Assembly: GCA_000996025.1 (NCBI GenBank) | Contig: LBYF01000004.1 | Span: 1-51,276 of the forward strand | Reading direction: 5' to 3' | DNA length: 51,276 nt | Source of the DNA: Parcubacteria group bacterium GW2011_GWA2_40_14 | Lineage (GTDB): Bacteria; Patescibacteriota; Minisyncoccia; Phycocordibacterales; DATDWN01 | In this document: piece by piece, positions 1 through 10,124 of the stretch | Position numbering within the stretch: position 1 is the first letter of the stretch | Layout of the letters: each line of letters opens with the position of its first letter | Translations under genes and position numbers: made by a program | Notes under the pieces: generated by a model | Seen by the model: the letters and a program-made list of their open reading frames with translations, nothing else | The model's database searches: none | What the model was told of the DNA's origin: nothing

Positions 1-1
1 T

Positions 2-1936
2 ATTACGCCAACGGGATATGTCGGACCAATCACAAGAGCCAAAATAAACGCACTTTGCGGAGATGTAACAAGTGGAGGTGGAGGTGGAGGCGGTGGAGGA
101 TCTGTCCCACAGCCTCCCTGTGTTAATGGTGTTTGTCCTCCAAAAACTGAGCCACCAAAACCTATTTATGGTTCTCCTGTTATCAGCGGAATAAGTGGGC
201 CACAGTCGTTAAAGGTAGGTGAACAAGGAACTTGGACAGTAACAGCTTCTGACCCAAACAACGGAACACTTAGCTACTCTGTTACCTGGGGAGATGAATA
301 TCAATACCAAAAACCATCAGTTCAAGGAATGTATGCTACTACTCCAACCACCAGTCAGCAATCAGCAATATTTACTCACACTTATTCACAAGTAGGAACA
401 TACACACCAGTATTTACCGTAACCAACAACAATGGCCAGAGCGCAAAAACAAGTTTGAGTGTGAATGTGGGGGAAGTAACTAGCACCAACCGTGCGCCAG
501 TAATCACTGACAATAGTGGTGATCATAGTACTCCGTCTGGACAAGCAGTAAATTTTTATTTTAAAGCTACCGATGCAGACAATGATGATCTTGCTTGGGG
601 AATTTCTGATTGGGGAGATGGTAGTCCGGGTTCAAATTCTACTTGTAGGGAAGGTGGTTCACAAAATGGAGCTAATCATAATTATTCTACCAGCCATACG
701 TGGAATAATCCTGGAAAATATTTAGTTACTGTATTTGTAAGTGACTGTCGTGGTGGCTCTGACTCAGAATCATTTAGTGTTTATGTGGGTGACACCCAAT
801 CTTCCAATTTTACTATCACTACTCCATCTCCACTGCCTAATGCAAAAGTTGGCACTCCTTTCAACACTCCCCTAACTGTTTCAGGGATTCCTACTGGTTA
901 CAATAGTAATTCTCTTGGTTGGGGAACCTCAAACGCTTCTCTCTTTCCTCCTGGTGTATATTTTGGGGCTGGTGAAGGTGGGCAGCAATATATGAATATA
1001 TATGGTACACCAACTGTAGCAGGTATTTATACTTTTTCCATTACTGTTTCTGCTGGTTCGCAATCTGTAAGTAAGCAGTTTACTTTGACCGTAGATCCAG
1101 CGACGACTGTCATCACACCAACCATTACGGTTATTTCTCCAAATGGGGGCGAAACTTTGACGACAGGAAATATTCAAAGGATAAGTTGGACTTCCACTGG
1201 CACCAGTTTGGTTAACTTGGTTAATTTATATATCGTTAATGGTAGCGTTAATACTGGTAGCGGTAATACCAATCTAATTGGTTCTTCTATTCCCACATCG
1301 CAAGGATACTATGATTGGACTATTCCACCAGTGGGACAATTGCCTGGTGGGGTGGGTGGCGGTAACTTCAAAGTTCGTATTGAAAATGCAAATAACTCAA
1401 CAGTGATTGATTACAGCAACGCGTCATTTAGTATCATCGCGCCAGTTACTACTGTACCCGGCTACCGCTATCTCAAAGTACAATCCACCAGTAATTCTTG
1501 GATAGCTTGGCATGAGATTCAGGCAATTGATAGTTCTGGTAATGTCCTCTCGCCAGTTAGTTGCACCCCACTTGCCAGTGGTAGTTACAATTCTTCTTGC
1601 GGGGATGTTTATCCTGGCAAGGGCGGATATTGGAATGCCGGAAGTTTGAGCGGAACTATCACTTTAGACTATGGTAGCGATAAAAATATTACCCAGGTTA
1701 AACTTTTACCCAGCAATAGCCCCACTCTTGCCAATGCCACGCATACGGTTTCTGCTTGGGCAGATGGGGCAAGTGAAGGTAGCGCCACTGTTCTAAAAAC
1801 TTTCAGCGGGCAAATTCAAGACCAAGTGTGGTTGACATATCAGAGTCCAATAGCCCAGTCTAACGCTTCTCAATTGGCAAGTATCTTAGATGCTCTCAAA
1901 TCTGCCCTAGCTTCTCTTAAAAAGTCTCTTCAATAA
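2..1936 (+). CDS. 5'-partial surface protein: end of a peptidoglycan-binding domain, PKD/Ig-like repeats, Ser/Thr-rich domain and discoidin-like C-terminus
   Basis: Frame is open from nt 2 (ITPTGYVGPITRAKIN, a PG_binding_1-type ending) through a Gly linker into the 329..1936 ORF. PKD motifs (WGD..HTY..G.Y) and ITVISPNGGE are present. Confidence 0.75.
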   Translation: MTPTGYVGPITRAKINALCGDVTSGGGGGGGGGSVPQPPCVNGVCPPKTEPPKPIYGSPVISGISGPQSLKVGEQGTWTVTASDPNNGTLSYSVTWGDEYQYQKPSVQGMYATTPTTSQQSAIFTHTYSQVGTYTPVFTVTNNNGQSAKTSLSVNVGEVTSTNRAPVITDNSGDHSTPSGQAVNFYFKATDADNDDLAWGISDWGDGSPGSNSTCREGGSQNGANHNYSTSHTWNNPGKYLVTVFVSDCRGGSDSESFSVYVGDTQSSNFTITTPSPLPNAKVGTPFNTPLTVSGIPTGYNSNSLGWGTSNASLFPPGVYFGAGEGGQQYMNIYGTPTVAGIYTFSITVSAGSQSVSKQFTLTVDPATTVITPTITVISPNGGETLTTGNIQRISWTSTGTSLVNLVNLYIVNGSVNTGSGNTNLIGSSIPTSQGYYDWTIPPVGQLPGGVGGGNFKVRIENANNSTVIDYSNASFSIIAPVTTVPGYRYLKVQSTSNSWIAWHEIQAIDSSGNVLSPVSCTPLASGSYNSSCGDVYPGKGGYWNAGSLSGTITLDYGSDKNITQVKLLPSNSPTLANATHTVSAWADGASEGSATVLKTFSGQIQDQVWLTYQSPIAQSNASQLASILDALKSALASLKKSLQ

Positions 1937-2101
1937 TTTTAAAGAAGACATACTATTGATTGACTTATTTTGTGGAGTAGAGTATACTGGAACCAATGTA
2001 AGTTTCTCGTATGTTTCTGGCGCAATTTATTTTGTTTGCTGTGAAAAAGAAGAGAGTTCGTCGCCTTACAGCTTAAAATAAAGACGAAGATAAAGAACAG
2101 T

Positions 2102-2419
2102 ATGGCAAAGAAGTTATACGTTGGCGGTATTTCATATACTACTAACGACAGTGCTCTGCGAGATGCGTTTGCGCAAGTAGGGGAAGTTACTTCCGCTACA
2201 ATTATCATGGACAGAATGACAGGCCGGTCAAAAGGATTTGGTTTCGTTGAAATGACCAATGATAGTGATGCAGATGCGGCAATCGCAAAGTGGAACGGTG
2301 TGGAACTTGATGGACGCAAGCTTACGGTAAATGAAGCTCGTCCAATGGAACCACGAGCGCCACGAACTGGTGGTGGTAGTTTTGATCGTGGGAACGATCG
2401 AGGTGGCCGAACTTGGTAA
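2102..2419 (+). CDS. RRM-domain RNA-binding protein
   Basis: RNP2 KLYVGGI, RNP1 KGFGFVEM, Gly/Arg-rich tail. Confidence 0.95.
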   Translation: MAKKLYVGGISYTTNDSALRDAFAQVGEVTSATIIMDRMTGRSKGFGFVEMTNDSDADAAIAKWNGVELDGRKLTVNEARPMEPRAPRTGGGSFDRGNDRGGRTW

Positions 2420-2424
2420 TATCA

Positions 2425-2550
2425 GAACTTCCAAATTTAGCGAAATTCTTTGTTGGAATGCAAAAAATAATTCTTCACCGTACTACCAGTACGCCTCGAA
2501 TTATTTTTCACATTCCGCCTCGAATTTCATCTAAATTATGAAAGTTTTGA
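2425..2550 (+). repeat. Long structured 3'-UTR hairpin, family F3 (apical TCACCGTAC-loop-GTACGCCT)
   Basis: Nested stems (gaaattc/gaatttc, ggaatg/cattcc, aaaataattc/gaattatttt). The apical motif is shared with 45435-45455. Confidence 0.7.
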
Positions 2551-2565
2551 AAAAATCAATTCAAC

Positions 2566-2591
2566 AAAAAGCGCCCTCACGGGTGTTTTTT
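2566..2591 (+). terminator. Intrinsic terminator
   Basis: aaaaagcgccc-tcac-gggtgttttt hairpin with U-tract. Confidence 0.6.
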
Positions 2592-2650
2592 GTTTGTTTG
2601 CGATATAATTAATACAGAATAGTTCTTAAAAAAATTTGGAGGACAAAATC

Positions 2651-3487
2651 ATGGAAAGTTCACAACTTGCCGAAAAACGTCCGTGGGAACTTCCATGGTG
2701 GAAACCTTCGGATGGTAACAGAAAAACGTTTACGTATATTGTTTCGATTCATGTTTTGGCACTGGTTGGAATATTTCTTTTTCCTATTCCAGGATGGGGA
2801 TTATTTCTTTTGGTGCTGGCAGTCATTTCTTGTGGCGGATTAGGTACCAGTTTGTGTTACCACCGCGCCCTAGCTCATCGGTCTGTCAAACTCCACCCGG
2901 TTGTTGAACAATCGCTCATTTTCTGCGCTGTTATAAACGGTTCGGGAACTCCGAGCACCTGGGTTCCAAATCACAGGAATCATCACGCAGATTCAGATAC
3001 AGTTGATGATGTTTCAAGTCCTCGTCACGGGGGATTTTGGTGGGCTCATCTACGCTGGGTTTATCAGTGGTCAGCTTCCAATTTGAAGAAATGGGCTCCC
3101 GACATCAATCAACCGAAGTATTTGATTTGGGCAAAACTTCAGCCAATTCTCATACTTCTTTCCATTTTCTCCGGCTATTTTGTGGCTGGTTGGAAAGGAT
3201 TTTTCTGGTTGGGGGCCATTCGGCTAGTTTACATTCTGCACATGCAGATGTTTGTAAACAGTCTGCTTCATATGACACCCGGACTTCCAGAGGGAGTTGA
3301 TTCAAGTCGAAACGTCTGGTGGCTCGGACCATTCCAAGCGACTGCTTGGGGAGAGAATTGGCACCGCAATCATCACTCCAAATCAGCTTCGGCCTGCTTT
3401 AGCCGAGAGTGGTGGCAGGTTGATGTACCTTGGTACGTCATTAAAATACTTTCGTTTGTTGGACTTGCTACAAACGTCAGAACTTGA
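2651..3487 (+). CDS. Membrane fatty-acid (delta-9 acyl-CoA/acyl-lipid type) desaturase
   Basis: Three His boxes (HRALAH, HRNHH, GENWHRNHH), GFWWAH, TM segments; GGAGG at 2638-2642 supports ATG 2651. Confidence 0.9.
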   Translation: MESSQLAEKRPWELPWWKPSDGNRKTFTYIVSIHVLALVGIFLFPIPGWGLFLLVLAVISCGGLGTSLCYHRALAHRSVKLHPVVEQSLIFCAVINGSGTPSTWVPNHRNHHADSDTVDDVSSPRHGGFWWAHLRWVYQWSASNLKKWAPDINQPKYLIWAKLQPILILLSIFSGYFVAGWKGFFWLGAIRLVYILHMQMFVNSLLHMTPGLPEGVDSSRNVWWLGPFQATAWGENWHRNHHSKSASACFSREWWQVDVPWYVIKILSFVGLATNVRT

Positions 3488-3553
3488 CAACAAATGTTGT
3501 CTCTCCGCTCCTGTCAAAGGGAGCGGATGATTTTTTATGATAAAATGATATTT

Positions 3554-4000
3554 ATGCTTTCAAATAATAAGATTTTAATTCTAATTATCACCATTCTTAT
3601 TTTTACTGTGATTTTTGGTTTCATTTACGGAAATAAAACTCAATCACAGATTATTTTAAATGGGAAAATTTTTCAGGCAGAGGTCGTTCGTAGTCAATCT
3701 GAACTTGGAAGGGGATTGTCTGGTCACAAAGGACTTTCGGATAACGAAGGAATGCTTTTTATCTTTGACAAGCCAGATAATTACGGTTTTTGGATGAAAG
3801 ACATGCGGTTTCCGATTGATATCATTTGGCTGGACCAAAATTTCAAAGTAGTTCATGTAGAAAAGTCGGTAGCTACTAGCACATACCCGAAAGTTTTCTA
3901 TCCAAGTGGTCCTGCCACATATGTTTTGGAGGTAAATTCAGGAATATCAGATTCGATTAATCTGCAAATTGGTGATGAAGCAAAATTTATAAAAAAGTAA
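3554..4000 (+). CDS. DUF192 family protein with N-terminal TM
   Basis: GMLFIF..FWMKDMRFPIDIIWLD..YVLEVNSG motif; start codon uncertain (3545 or 3554). Confidence 0.85.
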   Translation: MLSNNKILILIITILIFTVIFGFIYGNKTQSQIILNGKIFQAEVVRSQSELGRGLSGHKGLSDNEGMLFIFDKPDNYGFWMKDMRFPIDIIWLDQNFKVVHVEKSVATSTYPKVFYPSGPATYVLEVNSGISDSINLQIGDEAKFIKK

Positions 4001-4205
4001 CTTAAAAAAGCCCTTACTTTCGGCCTCTGGTAGCGTTCTTTTTATGACCACTTTACACACAAGTCTTTTTATTTTATGAGTTTAAAAAAGATGAGTTATC
4101 CACTTTTTTATAATTGAAAAAAGAGTACAATAAACAGACCAAAAGCAAAATTTTTCAATAAATTTTGCTAATTTTAATCATAAAAAGTTAATTTATTGGA
4201 AAAAT

Positions 4206-6506
4206 ATGTCAAAAGTCACAAAAAAGAGCAAATTAATCAAAAGTGTTGAGAAAAGAAACGGTCAGGTCGTAGCTTTTGACATTGAACGCATCACAATTGC
4301 TATTAAAAAGGCCATGCTTGCCGCTAATGAGGGTTCTTTGGAGGAGGCAGGTATGGTGGCCAACAAGGTTTTTGCCGACCTTGTTCGGATTTCCAAAAAA
4401 CATCCTACTTTTGTGCCGACTGTGGAGGGTATTCAGAATTCCGTTGAAAAAGAATTGATGCTTTCTGAATATGTTGTTACAGCAAAAGCATATATTTTGT
4501 ATCGCGAAGAGCGTACCCGCCTACGTTACAAAGGAATTGAGGTTTCAGAAAAGGTAAAAAAGTTGGCGATGGACAGTAAAAAATATTTCAGAAATCCTCT
4601 GGGTGAATTTGTCTATTATAGAACATATTCAAAATGGATTCCGGAGGAAAATCGTCGGGAGACTTGGATAGAAACAGTGGACCGATACATGGATTTTATG
4701 AAAGAGAATCTCGGCAAGAAATTAAAAGATTTGGAGTACAAAGAAGTGCGTGAGGCCATTTTGAAACAAGAAGCTATGCCATCCATGCGACTCCTCCAGT
4801 TTGCTGGTAATGCTACTCGAGTCAATAACATCTGCGCTTACAACTGTTCATATATTGCTCCGGAAAAATGGCGAGACTTCTCTGAAATAATGTTTATATC
4901 AATGAGTGGCACTGGAGTTGGCTGGTCAGTGGAAAGTGATAACATTCAAAAACTTCCCCAAATAAAAAGACAAACTGGGAAAAAATTAGCAACGTTTGTT
5001 GTGCCGGATAGCAAGGAAGGTTGGGCCGAGGCGTTGACACTTGGAATGGAGACATGGGCATCGGGGCTTGATATTGATTTTGATTTTTCACAATTGCGAC
5101 CAGTAGGAGCTAGACTCAAAACTATGGGAGGAAAGTCGGCTGGACCAGAGCCTTTGCGAGACCTCCTTGCTTTCACCAGAAGAAAGATGCTCACTCGCCA
5201 GGGCAAGAGATTAGAGAATATTAATGCTCATGATATTATTTGTAAAATAGGAGAAAATGTTGTTGCTGGTGGAGTTCGTCGAAGTGCCATGATTTCTCTT
5301 TCCGATTTGGATGATGTTGCAGTTCGTGATGCAAAAAAAGGACAGTTCTGGAACACTGACCCGCAGAGAATGCTAGCCAATAACTCAGCGGTGTATGAGA
5401 GTAAGCCAACAAATGAGGAGTTTATGGACGAATGGATAGCTTTGATGAAGTCTAAATCAGGTGAAAGAGGAATTTATAATCGTGAAGGATTGAAGTACAC
5501 ACTACCAAAACGACGTTTAGACCAATTCGGTCCTGACCAGACTCCGAGATGGGGAGGCAATCCATGCGGAGAAATTATTTTACAGTCAAAGCAGTTCTGC
5601 AACTTGTCAGAAATCGTTGCTCGGGTAGATGATACGGAAAAGTCACTTTTGCGAAAGCTACGCATAGCAACTATTCTCGGCACATATCAAGCATCACTAA
5701 CTAATTTTCCATATCTTTCAGCCGAGTGGAAAGAAAATTGCGAGAAAGAAGCTCTTCTCGGAGTTTCCATCACGGGTCAGTTTGACTGCCCGGCTGTCAG
5801 GACGCCAGAAATGATGAGAAAACTTAAACTTGAATCTATTAAAGTAAATAAAATGTATGCAAGACGATTTGGCATTAATCAATCCACATGTATTACTTGT
5901 GTCAAACCATCTGGCAATCTTTCTCAGACAGTAGATTCATCATCAGGAATTCACCCTCGCAATTCCGCATACTATATTAGACGTGCTCGCATTGCCTCAA
6001 CTGATGCTCTATTCAAAATGTTGCGTGATCAAGGCGTGCCATTTCACCCAGAGGTTGGTCAAACATTGGCTTCCGCCACAACATTTGTTTTTGATTTTCC
6101 TGTGAAAGCTCCGGATAAATCAGTTTTCAAAGACGATCAGACAGCTATAGAACAACTGGAGTACTGGAAAATGGTCAAAGAAAATTTCACCGAACACAAT
6201 CCCTCAACCACTATCTCTATTGGCGACGATGAATGGATAGAAGTAGCCAACTGGATTTATAAAAATTGGAATATTGTCGGTGGGCTGGCATTCTTACCGC
6301 GAGACAATCATGTTTACCAGCTTGCGCCATATGAAGCTATTGACGAAACAACATATAAAGAAATGCTCAAACGCTTTGAACATATCGATTTTTCAAAGAT
6401 TGTAACCTACGAAGTGACAGACGAACTAAACCAGAAAGACGAGCTGGCATGTGTTGGAGGAGTTTGTACCATAGACGATATACCGGTTGAAGTGACTAAG
6501 GTCTAG
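4206..6506 (+). CDS. nrdJ: Class II (adenosylcobalamin-dependent) ribonucleotide reductase with N-terminal ATP cone
   Basis: ATP cone (VEKRNG..FD..RI), GGVRRSAMISL, NPCGEI, TCVKPSG, C-terminal CVGGVC. Confidence 0.92.
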   Translation: MSKVTKKSKLIKSVEKRNGQVVAFDIERITIAIKKAMLAANEGSLEEAGMVANKVFADLVRISKKHPTFVPTVEGIQNSVEKELMLSEYVVTAKAYILYREERTRLRYKGIEVSEKVKKLAMDSKKYFRNPLGEFVYYRTYSKWIPEENRRETWIETVDRYMDFMKENLGKKLKDLEYKEVREAILKQEAMPSMRLLQFAGNATRVNNICAYNCSYIAPEKWRDFSEIMFISMSGTGVGWSVESDNIQKLPQIKRQTGKKLATFVVPDSKEGWAEALTLGMETWASGLDIDFDFSQLRPVGARLKTMGGKSAGPEPLRDLLAFTRRKMLTRQGKRLENINAHDIICKIGENVVAGGVRRSAMISLSDLDDVAVRDAKKGQFWNTDPQRMLANNSAVYESKPTNEEFMDEWIALMKSKSGERGIYNREGLKYTLPKRRLDQFGPDQTPRWGGNPCGEIILQSKQFCNLSEIVARVDDTEKSLLRKLRIATILGTYQASLTNFPYLSAEWKENCEKEALLGVSITGQFDCPAVRTPEMMRKLKLESIKVNKMYARRFGINQSTCITCVKPSGNLSQTVDSSSGIHPRNSAYYIRRARIASTDALFKMLRDQGVPFHPEVGQTLASATTFVFDFPVKAPDKSVFKDDQTAIEQLEYWKMVKENFTEHNPSTTISIGDDEWIEVANWIYKNWNIVGGLAFLPRDNHVYQLAPYEAIDETTYKEMLKRFEHIDFSKIVTYEVTDELNQKDELACVGGVCTIDDIPVEVTKV

Positions 6507-6509
6507 GAT

Positions 6510-6537
6510 AAAAGACGCACCGTCTGGTGCGTCTTTT
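6510..6537 (+). terminator. Intrinsic terminator after nrdJ
   Basis: aaaagacgcacc-gtct-ggtgcgtctttt perfect hairpin. Confidence 0.8.
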
Positions 6538-6561
6538 GATTTGTTTTGATACAATATATTA

Positions 6562-7602
6562 ATGAAAATAATCAAAGTTGCTATAAACGGTGTCGGACGG
6601 ATTGGACGGGCATTTCTTAGAGTTGCAATCCTGCGAGAAGATATAAATATTGTTGCCATAAACGACTTGGGCGATATAGACAATATTGCTTATCTTTTGA
6701 AATACGATACTGTCTACGGACAAAAGTTTTCTTCTGTGGTTGTTTCTCCAGACAAAAAGAAAATAATTATAGATGATAAAGAGATAACATTTTTCTCTGA
6801 AAAAGACCCTAGTCTTTTACCGTGGAAAGATTTAGACATAGATGTGGTAGTAGAGTCTACTGGATTTTTTACAACTTATGAAAAAGCTCGTGCGCATGTT
6901 ACTGCTGGAGCAAAAAAGGTAGTCATTACCGCTCCGGCTCACGATGATCCGGCTGGTAATGTTTGCGCTCCAGACGAGGGCACTATACTTACGGGTGTTA
7001 ATTGTGATTCACTGTCGGAAAAAGTTGTTACATCAAATGCTTCTTGCACTACAAATGCAGGCAGTCCTGTCCTGAAAATTCTAAATGATGCTATTGGCAT
7101 TGAAAAAGCGGTATTGAACACTGTCCACGGCTATACTGCCAGCCAGAATTTGGTAGATGGACCGAATGCAAAAGATTGGAAAGAAGGTCGAGCTGCCGCT
7201 GTCAATATTGTACCGACTAAAACTGGCGCAGCTCTGGCCACTACAAAAGCCATGACAGAACTTGCGGGGAAATTTGACGGCATTGCTATGCGTGTGCCTG
7301 TGGTCTGCGGTTCTATTGCGGATATTACTTTTATTGCCAAAAGAAATACAACAGTGGAAGAAGTAAATGACATACTGAAAAAAGCGGCAGAAGATAAACA
7401 CTGGGAGAAAATATTTTCTGTGACAGAAGATCCTATTGTTTCGTCGGATATTATTGGTAGTAAGTTTGCTTCTATCGCAGACCTTGGACTGACTCGCGTT
7501 GTTGATGGTAATTTAGTGAAAGTTATGGCGTGGTATGATAATGAAGTTGGGTATGCGCATGTTTTGGCTCTGCATGTTGTCAAAACCGCTTCATTTTTGT
7601 GA
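6562..7602 (+). CDS. gap: Type I glyceraldehyde-3-phosphate dehydrogenase
   Basis: INGVGRIGR, SNASCTTN, WYDNE. Confidence 0.97.
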   Translation: MKIIKVAINGVGRIGRAFLRVAILREDINIVAINDLGDIDNIAYLLKYDTVYGQKFSSVVVSPDKKKIIIDDKEITFFSEKDPSLLPWKDLDIDVVVESTGFFTTYEKARAHVTAGAKKVVITAPAHDDPAGNVCAPDEGTILTGVNCDSLSEKVVTSNASCTTNAGSPVLKILNDAIGIEKAVLNTVHGYTASQNLVDGPNAKDWKEGRAAAVNIVPTKTGAALATTKAMTELAGKFDGIAMRVPVVCGSIADITFIAKRNTTVEEVNDILKKAAEDKHWEKIFSVTEDPIVSSDIIGSKFASIADLGLTRVVDGNLVKVMAWYDNEVGYAHVLALHVVKTASFL

Positions 7603-7625
7603 TGCTCGGGTCTTTTTCACGAATC

Positions 7626-7707
7626 TCATCGTCTAAAATCTAAAACTTCCTCGTCACCTACCAACGAGGTAGGCTCCGAGTTAGTTCCAGATTTTATACG
7701 CGACCTT
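7626..7707 (+). repeat. 82 bp structured repeat, family F3
   Basis: TCATCGTCTAAAAT...TCACC...TCCGA...ATTTTATACGCGACCTT; same ends and length as 45407-45488. Confidence 0.85.
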
Positions 7708-7717
7708 CGCGAAACCT

Positions 7718-7815
7718 CCTTACAGGAGCAGTATACCTTTTGGATTTTTTGTTTCGCAAATCTCACAAAAATTCTCAAAAGGTTTTACGAAGTCATAACA
7801 TGACTTCTCACCTCC
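7718..7815 (-). repeat. Structured repeat, family F4
   Basis: Reverse complement shares GTGAGAAGTC.TGTTA.GACTTCG and CTGCTCCTGTAAGGA with 33669-33771. Confidence 0.8.
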
Positions 7816-7856
7816 GAGCTAGTTACAAATTTCTTGGATAGATGTAAAATAGGACA

Positions 7857-8318
7857 ATGAAACTATATATAGGATCGGATCATGCTGGGTTTGAAATGAA
7901 GCGGGAGTTAATCACTTTTCTTTCGGAAAGTGGTTTTGATGTTGTAGATTGCGGTCCAAATGTCTATGACCCAGAAGATGACTATCCGGATTATGTTTCT
8001 GTTGTGGCTAAAAATATTTCAGAGGATGTTTCAAAAGATATTGAGTCCTTTGGCATTGTCATCGGCAAGTCTGGGCAAGGCGAAGCTATGGTAGCCAATC
8101 GCTTTCCCAATGTTCGATGCACCGTTTTTTATGGTGGGTCAAAACACGTTTTGATGCTTTCTCGAGAACACAATAATGCAAACATGCTTTCGCTAGGTGC
8201 AAATTTTTTGACAAATGTGGAAGCACGACAAGCGATAGAATTGTGGCTTAACACCAAATTTTCCGGTGATGCAAGGCATGTTAGGAGAATACGGAAAATT
8301 GAAAATATCAAAATCTAA
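7857..8318 (+). CDS. rpiB: Ribose-5-phosphate isomerase B family
   Basis: GSDHAG, DYPD, REHNNANMLSLG, RHVRR. Confidence 0.93.
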   Translation: MKLYIGSDHAGFEMKRELITFLSESGFDVVDCGPNVYDPEDDYPDYVSVVAKNISEDVSKDIESFGIVIGKSGQGEAMVANRFPNVRCTVFYGGSKHVLMLSREHNNANMLSLGANFLTNVEARQAIELWLNTKFSGDARHVRRIRKIENIKI

Positions 8319-8422
8319 ACTTCCAATGTCAAATCAAATCCAAAATCCAAATATTAAAATTTTGAAATTTAATCATTTGATATTGATTGGAAATTTGGAT
8401 TTTGTGATTTGAAATTAAATAT

Positions 8423-9091
8423 ATGCAAGTCGTCCCAGCAATCATTCCTCAAACAAAAGAGCAGTTGGAAGAGGAAATAAATAAAGTAGCAAAATTTGCA
8501 AACCTGATTCAGGTAGATATCTCCGATGGTATTTTTACGGGAACTAAATCATGGCCTTACAACGGGCGTGACACTGATTTCTTTGATTCATTGACTAAAG
8601 AAACAGTTGGATGGCCTATGTGGGAGAAGTTGGATATAGAAGTTCATCTCATGGTTAAAAGTCCGGAAAATGTTCTTTCTGATTGGATACGTACTGGCGT
8701 ATCTGCCGTCGTCGCTCATATAGAAGCCACGGATAATTTTCAAAAAGTCATAGATATTTGTAGAGAACATACTGTGGCAGTAGGCGTTGCTATAAAGCCA
8801 TCAACTGACATCGCGCGACTTGAACCAGTTGTTTCCCAAGTTGATTTTATTCAAGTCATGGGTAACGACTTACTTGGAAAACATGGAGTAGAACTTGATC
8901 CAAAATCAGTAGAGCAAATAAAAAAATTGCACACGCTCTATCCAGAGCGTATAATTGCTATTGATATCGGTGTGTCTGAAGATACTGCGCAGACTCTGGT
9001 ATCTGCCGGCGCAAACAAACTGATTTCTGGTTCGGCTATTTTGGATTCAGAAAATCCAGAAGAAGTTTTTAAATATTTTGAATCTTTGTAA
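8423..9091 (+). CDS. rpe: Ribulose-phosphate 3-epimerase
   Basis: QVDISDG.F, EVHLMV, FIQVMG, IDIGV, ISGSAI; pentose-phosphate pathway gene context. Confidence 0.88.
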   Translation: MQVVPAIIPQTKEQLEEEINKVAKFANLIQVDISDGIFTGTKSWPYNGRDTDFFDSLTKETVGWPMWEKLDIEVHLMVKSPENVLSDWIRTGVSAVVAHIEATDNFQKVIDICREHTVAVGVAIKPSTDIARLEPVVSQVDFIQVMGNDLLGKHGVELDPKSVEQIKKLHTLYPERIIAIDIGVSEDTAQTLVSAGANKLISGSAILDSENPEEVFKYFESL

Positions 9092-9114
9092 TCATAAAAT
9101 TTCTTATTCAACAT

Positions 9115-9200
9115 ATCTGTTTTTGAGAGACGCCGTATTTTTCTACTGAAAAATCGTCTCGCTCTCGCACCGTCGTGCTCCGAGACTCTCAAAAACAGAT
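9115..9200 (-). repeat. Family F4 repeat enclosed by 15 bp perfect inverted repeats
   Basis: atctgtttttgagag (9115-9129) / ctctcaaaaacagat (9186-9200). The interior on the minus strand has TCGGAGC..GACG..GCGAGA..ATTTTTCAG.AGAAAAATA, as at 33698-33748. Confidence 0.75.
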
Positions 9201-9224
9201 ATGATTGAAACGAAATTTAATTTC

Positions 9225-10124
9225 ATGCTCAATAACCTTACCAATGAAAAAACAAAGTTCTTGGAGGAAAAGGCCAAAGATATCCGTATTTCTATCATAG
9301 AAATGCTGGTTTCGGCTGGCTCTGGACATTCGGCAGGTCCCTTGGGTATGGCAGATATTTTTGCCACGCTCTATTTTTACATTTTACGCCATGACCCAAA
9401 GGTGCCCACATGGCCTAGTCGTGACCGACTTGTCCTTTCCAATGGTCACATTTGTCCAGTTTTGTATGCCACAATGGCTCATGCTGGATATTTTCCTATT
9501 ACCGAGCTTCTGACTTTGCGCAAGTTCAAATCGCGCTTGCAAGGTCATCCTCATCGGGATTTTTTGCCTGCTTTGGAGACAAGCTCGGGACCCTTGGGTG
9601 CGGGACTCTCTCAAGCTGTGGGTATGGCTCTTGCTGATAGAATGGACAATGGCAAAACATCCGGCAAATTTTTCTATTGTATGATGAGCGATGGTGAGCT
9701 AGACGAAGGACAGAGTTGGGAAGCAATACTGCTGGCCGGCAAGGAAAAACTGGGAAACTTAATTGTTATTGTTGACCGTAACAACATTCAAATAGATGGC
9801 TATACCGAAGATATTATGCCGTTGGAAAATCTCTCGCATAAATTTGAAAGTTTTAATTTTCACGTGGAGGAAATCAATGGACATGATTTTAACGAAATAG
9901 TTTCCAGTGTCGGTCGAGCTCAAGCGGTCTTTGATGGGCCGTCTGTTATTATTGCCAGGACTATTCCTGGTAAAGGTGTTTCTTTTATGGAGCGCGATTA
10001 CAAATGGCATGGCTTGCCGCCAGGAACGGATATAGCAGGCGAACCACCAAAAGAGGAGCAAGCCAAAATCGCTCTTCACGAGTTACGAACATTAGGTGGG
10101 CAAATAAAAAGCGAACATGAATAA
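9225..10124 (+). CDS. Transketolase, N-terminal subunit
   Basis: GSGHSAG, RDRLVLSNGH, LQGHP, ThDP motif SDGELDEG..N; start at 9201 or 9225. Confidence 0.93.
   Translation: MLNNLTNEKTKFLEEKAKDIRISIIEMLVSAGSGHSAGPLGMADIFATLYFYILRHDPKVPTWPSRDRLVLSNGHICPVLYATMAHAGYFPITELLTLRKFKSRLQGHPHRDFLPALETSSGPLGAGLSQAVGMALADRMDNGKTSGKFFYCMMSDGELDEGQSWEAILLAGKEKLGNLIVIVDRNNIQIDGYTEDIMPLENLSHKFESFNFHVEEINGHDFNEIVSSVGRAQAVFDGPSVIIARTIPGKGVSFMERDYKWHGLPPGTDIAGEPPKEEQAKIALHELRTLGGQIKSEHE

Noticed and set aside
72-100. GGA/GGT/GGC tandem repeat
   Set aside because: Simply encodes a poly-Gly linker in the surface protein.
4096-4104. DnaA box / origin upstream of nrdJ
   Set aside because: Single imperfect box (TTATCCACT), with no cluster.
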